Source: Candidatus Eiseniibacteriota bacterium
GTDB taxonomy: Bacteria > Eisenbacteria > RBG-16-71-46 > CAZAMP01
Assembly (NCBI GenBank): GCA_965224245.1
Contig: OZ245046.1
Coordinates: forward strand, 224,001-288,000
Reading direction: 5' to 3'
DNA: 64,000 bases
Position numbers and translations under genes: made by a program. Each line of letters starts with the position of its first letter. Within the stretch, counting starts at the first letter, position 1. Under the pieces are notes generated by a model. That model had not been told where the DNA came from and ran no database searches. It worked only from the letters and a program-made list of their open reading frames with translations. Below, one piece after another: positions 29,339 to 38,800 of this stretch.

Positions 29339-32300
29339 TCAGTCCGTTCGCTCGCGGTCGTCGCGCCACTCGGCCGCGAGCGCCGGCTTCCCCCAGCGCT
29401 CGTAGAGATCCTCGAGCGCCTGTGAGATCTCGCCGACGTAGAACGACCTCGGGCCGCCCCACTCCAGGGCGCGGGCGTACCCGGCGAGCAGGTGCTTCTC
29501 GGCTTCCTCGTACTTGCCGTTCCGCGCCAGGCACCGGCCGTAGTAGGCCTCACTTCGGGCGAGGAGAGCCGGCCACTCCCGGTGGCCTCCCGCGCGAACG
29601 TCGGCGTCGTGTTGGCGGCGGTACTCCTCCTCCGCCGCGGTCGGGTCTCCGCGACGCCACAGGATCCGGGCCATCGTCCCGTGGCTGGCGTCGGGACGCG
29701 AGCAGCGAATCTGTCGGACGAGCTCCTCCGCCTCGTCCAGTCGCCCAGCGTGCGCGAGGGCGTTCGCGTGCTTCCGCTTCGCGAGCACACCGGCTCGCGA
29801 GCGTTCGCCCTCCTCGGCGAAACCCATGTCCGGCCGCCAGTCGACGGCGTCCGAGACGTAGAGGTCTGCATAGAGTGCCGACGCCTCGTCGAGAAGTGCA
29901 TGGGCTTCCTCCAACGCACCCGCCTCGGCGCACAACGAGGCGAGACGATCCAGCACGTCGAGGAGTTGGGGCTCATCCCCGGCTTGGCGGGCCAGGGCGA
30001 GTGCTCGACGCCGTGCGCGTTCGGCGACATCGAAGAGGCCGCGTTCACGGAGTTCTCCTGCGAGTTCGTTGATGGCGCGGGAAGCCGCGGCCGGTGACAG
30101 GAGTCGCTCCATCTCCGCAACGGTCCGGTCGATCAGCTCGTGTGCCTTCTCGTCCTCACGGAGCTCGCTCGCGTACCGGATGGCCTGAATGGTCCAGTAG
30201 CGGAGGTTCCGGACCTCGGATCTCTTCGCGCCGTCGGAGAGCGCGAACCAGAGCTCCAGCGCTTCGAGCTCCGCGTCGAACGCATCCCCGACACGTCCTG
30301 TCAGCTCGAGCGCCTTGGCCTTCGTGTCGAGGTGGCCCGCCACGCTGGAGTGATCGGCTGACTCGCGCGCGGCTTTCACTGCACGCGTCGCGTACCGAAG
30401 CGCGGCCGGCGGATCGCGGAGATCCTCCGGCTCGGCGGTGACCAGGAGCCAGGCGCAGGCCTCGAGATGCGCGGGGTCGGCGTCCGGCGCATCGGCGTGG
30501 AGTCGAAGGCGCCGTATCCAGGACGCCGTGAGACGGTCCGCGTCCTCGGCTCTGCCCGCACGTTTCAGACACCGATGGTAGTTCCGGTAGGCCTGTGTCT
30601 GGACCTGCGACAGGCGGGCCTGGTCGATCTCCTCGCTGTGGTCGAGCGGGCTCCAGTACTCGTACTGCTCGGCGAAGACCTCGAGGGCATCGTCGACCCG
30701 GCCGTTCAGGAGGAAGAAGTTCCCGAAGTCCCGCCGGGCGACCCAGTTGATCGACCCCAGGGTCTCGGCGCGGAAGAGGGCCTCGACCTCGTCGGCATCT
30801 GTGGTCCAGTCGAGAGCTCGGATCAGCGCGAACCGGAGGTTTTGTGCCATCGGATGATCGTCGCCGTACGTCTCCACGACCTTGGCGAGCAGGGGGCGCG
30901 AGAGGGCCTCCGCCTCCTCGTCCTTCCCCTGGAACGTCAGGCTCAGCGCGTACTGGGTGCCGGCGGCAATGGTCTGGGCGTCGTCCGCACCGTAGGTAGC
31001 GAGCGACCGTTCGTAGGCCTCCGATGACAGCTTGGCGGCCTCGAAGCCGTTGCCGCGCCAGCACCAGAGCCCGGACCACGAGATGAGCGACTGGATCGTG
31101 TCGCGGTGGTCCGATCCGAGAACGCGTCGCTGCCGCTCCAGGACGTCGGCGAACAGGGAGTCGCCCTGGGACGCCCGACCCTGGTTACCGACCGCGGCGG
31201 CGTAGAGCGCGGCGGTGCCCAGCGTCATCGGATCATCGGGGCCGAGTTCCCGCTGCATGTCCTCGAGCAGCGGTTGGCTGATCCTCTCCGCGAGAGCCGG
31301 GACGCGAGCCACCGCCGCCCCGACCCCGACCAGGAGCCGCGCACGCAGCACGTCTCGACTCATCGCCGGCTGCACCTCCCGGCGCAGTGCGAGTGCGGCC
31401 TCGAGCTGCTCGATCGCCACGCGGTTCGCGCCGAGCCCGAGCAGCGTCGTGCCGATCGTCTCCCTCGCCTCCGCTTCCAGCAGTGGCTTGCCGGGGAATG
31501 CGTCGTCGATTCGCTCGAGGCCGTTGAGCAGCATCTGCTGCACCGAGATGTCGTCCGACGCGCTCGCGGCGTCGGGCACCGAGCCGGTCGGCGAGAGGCT
31601 CGAGCGGAGGCGGATCTGAAAGGGATCCACCGACGCGAGCATTTCGGCGAAGAACGTGTTGATCTGCTCGGCCGACTCGGCCTCCTGGCGGGCGATCGCG
31701 CGTTCACGGTCGGCCTGGATGAAGCCGTACGTCGCGAGACCGAGTCCGGCCAGGAGTGCGACGGCGACGACTACCGCCACCGACACGGCCGTCCGGTTCC
31801 GGCTCACGAACTTCCGGAACCGGTAGGCGGGCGTGGGTGGGCTGGCCAGCACGGGCTCGTCGTCGAGATGGCGCCGGATGTCGAGCATGAACCCGTTCGC
31901 CGTCTCGTATCGGCGCGTCCGATCCTTCTCGAGCGCCTTCATGACGATCCAGTCCAGATCACCGGAGAGGGAGCGGCGCAGGGTCCGCGCGTCGGTCGAA
32001 CGGTGACGGGCCGTATCCGTCGCGGCGTCGCCCAGGGTGCTCACCCGCGTCGACGGCCGCTGGGGATCGGTGTCCCGGATCAGCTGATGAATCTCGGAGT
32101 ACGCGATGGAGCGAAGCTTGACCGGATCGACGGGAGTCGTACCCGTCAGGAGCTCGTAGAGCAGCACCCCCAGAGAGTAGATGTCGGTTCGGGTATCGAC
32201 GTCCAGGCCGGACATCTCGGCCTGCTCGGGGCTCATGTACTCCGGCGTGCCGATGAACTGGTGATACTGGGTGAAGAGCGTCTTCTCGGTGAGCCGGTGA

Positions 32301-32992
32301 CTGGTCGCCTTGGCGATCCCGAAATCGATGACCTTGGGGACCGGGGTCCCGTCGTGAAGCGTGATCATCACGTTCGAGGGCTTGATGTCCCGGTGAATGA
32401 TCCCCTTCTGGTGCGCGTGCTGGACGGCGCCGCAGACCCCGAGGAAGAGCTCCAGCCGATCCCGGGTGGAGAGGTTGTTCTCGTCGCAGTACTTCGTGAT
32501 CGGGACCCCGCGGACGAGCTCCATCACGAAGAAGGGACGCCCGGTGCTGGTGGCGCCGGCATCCAGGACGCGCGCGATGTTGGGGTGGTCCATCAGGGCG
32601 AGGGCCTGTCGCTCGGCCTCGAAGCGCGCGATGACCTGCTTTGTGTCCATCCCGAGCTTGATGATCTTCAGCGCCACCTTGCGTCGCACCGGCTCTTCCT
32701 GCTCGGCCATGTAGACGCTGCCGAAGCCGCCCTCGCCGATCTTCTGCAGCAGCTTGTAGCGGCCCACCCGCGTGCCGGGACCCTCGGAGGGAGAAGAGGC
32801 GGGAGTGGTCACGGTTTCGACGTCGAGGAAGCTTCCGGCGTCGCGCTGTGCGTCGAGCAACGTGGCGACCTCGGCTCGGAGCTCGGCATCGTCGCCGCAC
32901 GCGGCCTCGAGAAAGGCGGCCCGATCGGCGGGGGAGACCTCTGAGGCCGCGTGAAAGATCGCCTTCGCTCGTTCCCATCGGTCCATCATCAT
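29339..32992 (-). CDS. Hanks-type Ser/Thr protein kinase with transmembrane helix and TPR repeats
   Basis: GEGGFG, VALK, HRDIKPSN, DFG, GTPEYMSPEQ. TM segment AVSVAVVVAVALLAGLGLATYGF. LGxDHxxT-type TPRs. Confidence 0.95.
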   Translation of the reverse strand: MMMDRWERAKAIFHAASEVSPADRAAFLEAACGDDAELRAEVATLLDAQRDAGSFLDVETVTTPASSPSEGPGTRVGRYKLLQKIGEGGFGSVYMAEQEEPVRRKVALKIIKLGMDTKQVIARFEAERQALALMDHPNIARVLDAGATSTGRPFFVMELVRGVPITKYCDENNLSTRDRLELFLGVCGAVQHAHQKGIIHRDIKPSNVMITLHDGTPVPKVIDFGIAKATSHRLTEKTLFTQYHQFIGTPEYMSPEQAEMSGLDVDTRTDIYSLGVLLYELLTGTTPVDPVKLRSIAYSEIHQLIRDTDPQRPSTRVSTLGDAATDTARHRSTDARTLRRSLSGDLDWIVMKALEKDRTRRYETANGFMLDIRRHLDDEPVLASPPTPAYRFRKFVSRNRTAVSVAVVVAVALLAGLGLATYGFIQADRERAIARQEAESAEQINTFFAEMLASVDPFQIRLRSSLSPTGSVPDAASASDDISVQQMLLNGLERIDDAFPGKPLLEAEARETIGTTLLGLGANRVAIEQLEAALALRREVQPAMSRDVLRARLLVGVGAAVARVPALAERISQPLLEDMQRELGPDDPMTLGTAALYAAAVGNQGRASQGDSLFADVLERQRRVLGSDHRDTIQSLISWSGLWCWRGNGFEAAKLSSEAYERSLATYGADDAQTIAAGTQYALSLTFQGKDEEAEALSRPLLAKVVETYGDDHPMAQNLRFALIRALDWTTDADEVEALFRAETLGSINWVARRDFGNFFLLNGRVDDALEVFAEQYEYWSPLDHSEEIDQARLSQVQTQAYRNYHRCLKRAGRAEDADRLTASWIRRLRLHADAPDADPAHLEACAWLLVTAEPEDLRDPPAALRYATRAVKAARESADHSSVAGHLDTKAKALELTGRVGDAFDAELEALELWFALSDGAKRSEVRNLRYWTIQAIRYASELREDEKAHELIDRTVAEMERLLSPAAASRAINELAGELRERGLFDVAERARRRALALARQAGDEPQLLDVLDRLASLCAEAGALEEAHALLDEASALYADLYVSDAVDWRPDMGFAEEGERSRAGVLAKRKHANALAHAGRLDEAEELVRQIRCSRPDASHGTMARILWRRGDPTAAEEEYRRQHDADVRAGGHREWPALLARSEAYYGRCLARNGKYEEAEKHLLAGYARALEWGGPRSFYVGEISQALEDLYERWGKPALAAEWRDDRERTD

Positions 32993-33339
32993 CGGTCTCC
33001 CGGGGCCTGGGCGGTCGACATCGCGGCGACGGCCTCGTCACACGTCTCGTAGCACGGAATGATCGGAACGAGGCCGACCACGCGCAGCAGCGACTGGAGT
33101 CTCGGGCCGAGCCCCACCAGCGCCATCGCGCGCCCGGCGTTCAGCGCCGAGCCGTACGCGGCCGCGAGGATTCCGACACCGCAGCTCGTCATGTGCGTCA
33201 CCTGGGTCAGATCGACGATCACCGGCCCGGCATCGAGACCGACCTCGCGGCGGAAGCGCTCCAGGAACCCGTAGGCGTCCTTGTGATCCGAGACGAGGCC
33301 GCTGAGCGCGTACACGCGGCACTCTCGTGGGTCCATCAT
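32989..33339 (-). CDS. STAS domain protein (anti-sigma factor antagonist-like)
   Basis: VIVDLTQVTHMTSCGVGIL and LLRVVGL patterns. Stop overlaps the kinase start (ATGA). Confidence 0.85.
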   Translation of the reverse strand: MMDPRECRVYALSGLVSDHKDAYGFLERFRREVGLDAGPVIVDLTQVTHMTSCGVGILAAAYGSALNAGRAMALVGLGPRLQSLLRVVGLVPIIPCYETCDEAVAAMSTAQAPGDR

Positions 33340-33363
33340 GGCAGCCGCTCCTGTTCGTGGCGG

Positions 33364-33981
33364 TCAGTTTCCTTCGGATCGTGGGGTCTCCGAGGCGTCC
33401 GGCTCCGACAGCTCCCGGAACAGCCAGGCGCGGGCCACGGCCCACTCTCGCCGGACGGTGCGGTCGGTCACGCTCAGGGCCTCCGCAATCTCCTGCATGC
33501 TCAGGCCGGCGAAGAACCGCAGCCGGACGATCTCGGCCATTCTCGGGTCTCGATCCTCCATGCGACGGATCGCCCGATCGACGGACATGATGTCCTCGAG
33601 GGGGGGAGGCTCCTGTCCCAGATCGAGGGAGTCGACGGTGAGGCGCTGCCAGCCGCCACCCCGCTTCACCCGGCCCCGGGCCCTGGCGTGCTCGATCAGG
33701 ATCCGGCGCATGGCCTCGGCGGCCGCGGCGTAGAAGTGCCCACGTCCCTCCCAGGTGACGGCCGAGTCGCCGACGAGCCGCATGTACGCCTCGTGAACGA
33801 GCGCGGTGGGCTGAAGCGTGTGGTCGGGTCGCTCGCGCGCCATCCTCTTCGCCGCCGAGCCGCGAAGCTGGTCGTAGACGAGCGGGAGCAGCTCGTCGAT
33901 GGCCCCGGCCTCGCCGCGGGCCGCCCGGTCGAGAATCCTCGTCACGTCTTCGGCGTGGGGGCCGGTCTCGGAGTCCGCCAC
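33364..33981 (-). CDS. ECF RNA polymerase sigma factor, TIGR02999/ECF43-like
   Basis: GGAG RBS, GTG start. ELLPLVYDQLR, HTLQPTALVHEAYMRL, AAEAMRRILIEHAR, KRGG, LRFFAGL, TVRREWAVARAWL. Confidence 0.93.
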   Translation of the reverse strand: MADSETGPHAEDVTRILDRAARGEAGAIDELLPLVYDQLRGSAAKRMARERPDHTLQPTALVHEAYMRLVGDSAVTWEGRGHFYAAAAEAMRRILIEHARARGRVKRGGGWQRLTVDSLDLGQEPPPLEDIMSVDRAIRRMEDRDPRMAEIVRLRFFAGLSMQEIAEALSVTDRTVRREWAVARAWLFRELSEPDASETPRSEGN

Positions 33982-34229
33982 GAGCTCTCCAGGGTAGGGG
34001 ACGCGAAGCAGGGACATGGTCGACCATGGTATCGCGCCGGATGTCGGAAGCCGACCACGTGACGTCCGGAGTCCCGGCCTCATCTCCAGATGGTAGCGCA
34101 CGAGCGCCCATGCCCGCTCTTCGTGACGGGCGCGCGGTCCCGTCCGACCTCGCGGGCGACGCCTGCGCCCACCCTGCTCGTCCGGCACCGGCCTATCACC
34201 GGCCTGAGGTCGCTCTCCCCGCGAGCCCG

Positions 34230-34575
34230 TACTCGTCGGGTACACTGGCTTCAACCATCAACCTCACTTCACGGAGCCCATCATGATCCGATCTCGGCCG
34301 AGTCCTTTCCGGAGCCGGGAAGCACCGGAAGCTATGCCGCGGATGCCACGTTCACCAACGGGACGTTGACGTGGGCGGCCGGATCGATGGACGACGACCA
34401 CCAGGGCGTCACGCTGGACATCCAGGAGCTGACCACGACCATACTGGTCGGGCGCCTCTTCGGTACGCTCGTGCGGCGCGACCCCATGGACCCGGACGTC
34501 ATCCTCGACTCGATCGGCTTGAACATGACGTTCCGGTCGGGACTGTTCGACGGGAGCTGGCCGTGCGCGGAATAG
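34230..34575 (+). pseudogene. probable fragment of a hypothetical gene
   Basis: From about 34290 the frame reads as a credible protein C-terminus (GVTLDIQELTTTILVGRLFGTL...FRSGLFDG). There is no good start, and there may be a frameshift near 34290. Confidence 0.3.
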
Positions 34576-34695
34576 GGTGACGGGTCGCGAGAACCCGGTG
34601 CCACCGCGGGCGCCGGGGCGGCATCGCCGGGACCCTCTCGCTCGACGGGTCCCGGCGTTCAGGCAACGGCGTCGTCGTTCACGTGGAGGCGCGAG

Positions 34696-35274
34696 TCAAC
34701 CCTCCTTCGCCTCGGCGAGCTTCGCGCGCTCGGGGATCTCATCCGGAGGCAGCCCCGAGCTCGCTTCGAGGCGCCCGCTGAAGTTGAAGAACGAGATCAG
34801 TGCCGTGGCCTCCCAGATCGTCTTCTCGCTCCACCCGCTCGCCTTCAGCTCGGCGACGTCGTCGGCGCCCACGAGGCTCGGCGTCTCGGTCAGCTTGCTC
34901 GCGTATCGGAGAAGGGCTCGCGTGTCGGGCTCCAGCTGGTATTCGGGCCAGGTCGTCGCGAACTCGGGCCCCATGTGCTCATCCCGCGTGAGGCGGCGAA
35001 CTGCCGCCGTGTGAAGCCCGAGTCAGGGGGCGCCGCCCACCTTTCCGTTGACCACCGTCGCCAGCATCTCTCGCTGGAGTCGGCTCATGCCGGACGACTT
35101 GCCGAGGTGCAGGTAGTTGTAGAGCATGCCGGCCGGTCCGGCGACTCGGAGATCGACCGCGAGGATCTGGAAGATCCCCGGAACGACGCCGCCATACTGG
35201 CCCCTGACCCAGCGAAAGAAGAGTGTTCGCAGCCCGCGTGCGCGATCGGGCGCGATCGTCCGGATGTTCGCCAT
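34696..35274 (-). CDS. AhpD/carboxymuconolactone decarboxylase-like peroxidase-related protein, probable selenoprotein (192 aa, Sec at codon 84)
   Basis: ORFs 35023-35283 and 34696-34974 are in one frame, separated only by the TGA at 35025-35023. SRLQREMLATVV...GAP(U)LGLH...ALLRYASKLTETP...FNFSGRL matches the AhpD-like layout. Confidence 0.85.
34992..35008 (-). promoter_or_regulatory. putative bacterial SECIS element
   Basis: GGCGGC-AGUUC-GCCGCC hairpin starting 14 nt after the in-frame UGA, with G at loop position 2. Confidence 0.7.
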
Positions 35275-35890
35275 CGTCACCATCCCTTCTCGAGAGAGCT
35301 CGTGCGCGCGACATCAGGCATCGCGTTCGGGTCGAGTTCGAGCGCTGGCCGCGCTCGAGGACGACCGGGCCGTCACGGCAGCCGTGACGCAAAGGAGGCG
35401 AGAGGGTGCTGGATGCGCTGGCAGCCGTCCAGGAGAACCCACCCCGTCATCGCCGTGGGGAGAGGAGCGGAGAGAGGATGTGGGCGGTCGAGAGCGGACC
35501 CCGCTCGCATCACCGGGTGGCTCGGGACGACCGATCCCGCGGCCGACGTTTCGAGCCAGGTTGGTCACCAGAGGCCTCTCCAGCCCCGAGCGGCGCCCGG
35601 TGAGCTCATCGGTGGGTACCGGCGTGGGCACGGATATCGCCGTATCTCCGGCCACCCGGATCCGAACCGTACGATTGTTCAACACCGAAAGGGCCCCGAC
35701 GGCGTACAATTGTGCGTGGCCACATACAGCGACCTCGCTGGATGTCCTCGGTCTATTCAGATTCTTGCATGATGTGAGAGTCAAAAAACGTGACCAGGAT
35801 CGCCCTCCCGCACGCCCGTGCGAGGCTGGTCCGTTCGACACCGCGGTAAGGATGCGCGATGCCGAAAATCTGCACCGCTGGAGGACTCAC

Positions 35891-38800
35891 GTGAGAATCA
35901 CGAGTCGAACTCTGAGCGTTGCGGGCGCGGAGGCATTTGCGGCGGGTCTGTTCGTGATGCTCGTCGCCGCGCTTCCCGCGAACGCGGCCGTCGATGACGT
36001 GGAGCTGGACGGCAACGGATACGACGAGGTCGATCCGGCCGACGACTGGGACGTCATCACGAGCACTGGCGGAAGCTCCGTCATCGCCACACCCGTGATC
36101 CCGGACCCGGCGGGGAACAACATCTTCACCACCGGCGGCTCCAAGGACATCGAGGATGTCTCGTCGTGGGCCTGGACCGAAGGAAGCGTTCCCGACAAGG
36201 ACGAGATCACCAACGCGATGGCCGCGCTCTACACCGGCAACAAGCTCTACTTCGCCGCGGATCGCTTCGCGAACAACGGCGATGCGTCTCTCGGGTTCTG
36301 GCTGTTCCAGAATCCGATCGGTCTCGAGCCGGATGGATCGTTCAGCGGTGTGCACGCCGTCGGGGACATCCTCATCCTGGCCGACTTCGTCCAGGGCGGT
36401 GCGACCACGATCGTGCCCCGCGTGTTCCGGTGGGTAGGCGACGGCTCGGGCTCGGAAGGGAACATCGACGAGATCATCGTGGGCGTCGAGACGGCGAGCG
36501 CCATCACGAACGCGCTCGTCGAGTGCGCACCGTGGCCGTACGAGCCCAAGTTCCCCGAGGAGTGTCCTCCCGGATGTGACGACCCGAACTGCCACCCGCC
36601 GAGCTCGTTCTTCGAGGGCGGTCTCGACCTCGGATTGCTCGGCGTGAACCCCTGCTTCAGCTCCTTCCTGGTCGAGACCCGCTCTTCACAGTCGGTGTCG
36701 GCTCAGCTCAAGGACTTCGTCCTCGGCGACTTCACCACGAACCCGACCTGCGAGATCACCGGTGCGCCCGAACTCTGCGAGGGTGAGACGGCCGAGTACT
36801 GCTCGAGCTGCGATCTTTCCATCGGCACGTACCTGTGGGAGGTCGTGAGCGGTGACGCGACGATCGTGGGCGCCGATGACGGATCCTGCGTCGACGTCCA
36901 GGCGGGCACGACGAACTTCACGCTGAAGCTCAGCGTGGTCGGGGTCGACGGCTGCCCCGGCGAGTTCTTCAAGGAGGTCGTGGTCAATCCGCTCCCGGTC
37001 TGCGACATCGGAGGACCGGACGAGGTCTGCGAGGACTCCGAGAACGAGCACTGTGCATCGTGCGGAACCGGCGACTTCGACTACGCGTGGAGCATCGCGG
37101 GAGACGGCGAGATCACGACGCCCCTCGACGGCTCGTGCGTCACGGTCCTGGCGGGTGCCGACGCGATCCTCACCGGCGTGTCCTCCTACACGCTCACGCT
37201 CACCGTCACCTCGGCGGATGGGTGCGTGGACACGTTCGAGAAGACGGTGAACGTCAACCCCAACCCCGTCGTGACCGTCGCGGACAACGAGGCGTGCGAT
37301 GGCGACACGGCCGAGCTGTGCGCCGAGGTGGCGCTCGGGGAGTATCCCTTCACGTTCTCGTGGACGGGCCCCGGTGGCTTCGTCTCGGCCGACTCGTGCA
37401 TCACGGTCGGCGTGGAGGGGACGTACTCGGTCACCGTCACCGACGCCAACGGCTGCGAGGGCTCCGGCTCCGGTGACCTCACGATCCACGACAACCCCGT
37501 GGTCACGGTCGACGACAACGAAGCATGCGACGGCGACACGGCCGAGCTGTGTGCGGAGGTGTCCGTGGGTCAGTATCCCTTCTCGTTCGCGTGGACGGGC
37601 CCCGGTGGGTTCGTCTCGGCCGACTCGTGCATCACGGTCGGCGTGGAGGGAACGTACTCGGTCACCGTCACCGACGCCAACGGCTGCGAGGGCTCCGGCT
37701 CCGGGGACCTCACGATCCACGACAACCCCGTGGTCACGGTGGACGACAACGAGGCGTGCGACGGCGACACGGCCGAGCTGTGTGCCGGGGTATCGGTGGG
37801 TCAGTACCCGTTCTCGTTCGCGTGGACGGGCCCCGGTGGATTCGTCTCGGCCGACTCGTGCATCACGGTCGGCGTGGAGGGGACGTACTCGGTCACCGTC
37901 ACCGATGCCAACGGCTGCGAAGGCACCGGCTCAGGGGATCTCACGATCCACGACAACCCTGTGGTGACCGTCGACGATCGGGATGCCTGCGAGGGCTTCA
38001 GTGCCGAGCTGTGTGCCGAGGTGTCGGTGGGCCAGTATCCGTTCACGTTCGCGTGGACGGGCCCCGGTGGGTTCGTCTCGGCCGACTCGTGCATCACGGT
38101 CGGCGTCGCGGGCACCTACGAGGTCACGGTGACCGACGACAACGGATGCGTCGGGACGGGATCCGGTGATCTGACGATCAACCCGGGTCTGGTGATCAAG
38201 ATCGACGACCAGGAAGCGTGTGACGGCGATACGGCCGAGCTCTGCGCCCAGGTCAACGGTGGCGAGTATCCGTTCTCGTTCTCGTGGACGGGCCCCGGTG
38301 GGTTCGTCTCGGCCGACTCGTGCATCACGGTCGGCGTCGACGGGACGTACTCGGTCACCGTGGTCGACGTGAACGGGTGCGAGGGCTCCGGCTCCGGAGA
38401 CCTCACGGTTCACGACAACCCGGTGGTCACGGTGGACGACGACGAGGCGTGCGACGGTGACACGGCCGAGCTGTGCGCCGTGGTATCCGGCGGCCAGTAT
38501 CCGTTCACGTTCTCGTGGACGGGCCCCGGTGGGTTCGTCTCGGCCGACTCGTGCATCACCGTCGGCGTGGAGGGTGAGTACTCCGTCATGGTGACGGACG
38601 ACAACGGCTGCGAAGGCACCGGCTCCGGGGATCTCACGATCCACGACAACCCCGTGGTGACCGTCGATGATCGGGAGGCCTGCGAGGGCTTCACGGCCGA
38701 GTTGTGTGCCGAGGTGTCGGTGGGCCAGTATCCGTTCACGTTCGCGTGGACCGGCCCCGGTGGGTTCGTCTCGGCCGACTCGTGCATCACGGTCGGCGAC

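Noticed and set aside
35126-35890. 255-aa N-terminal extension of the 1867-aa ORF
   Set aside because: It overlaps the antisense selenoprotein gene and has non-coding-like composition. The RBS and signal peptide point to GTG 35891.
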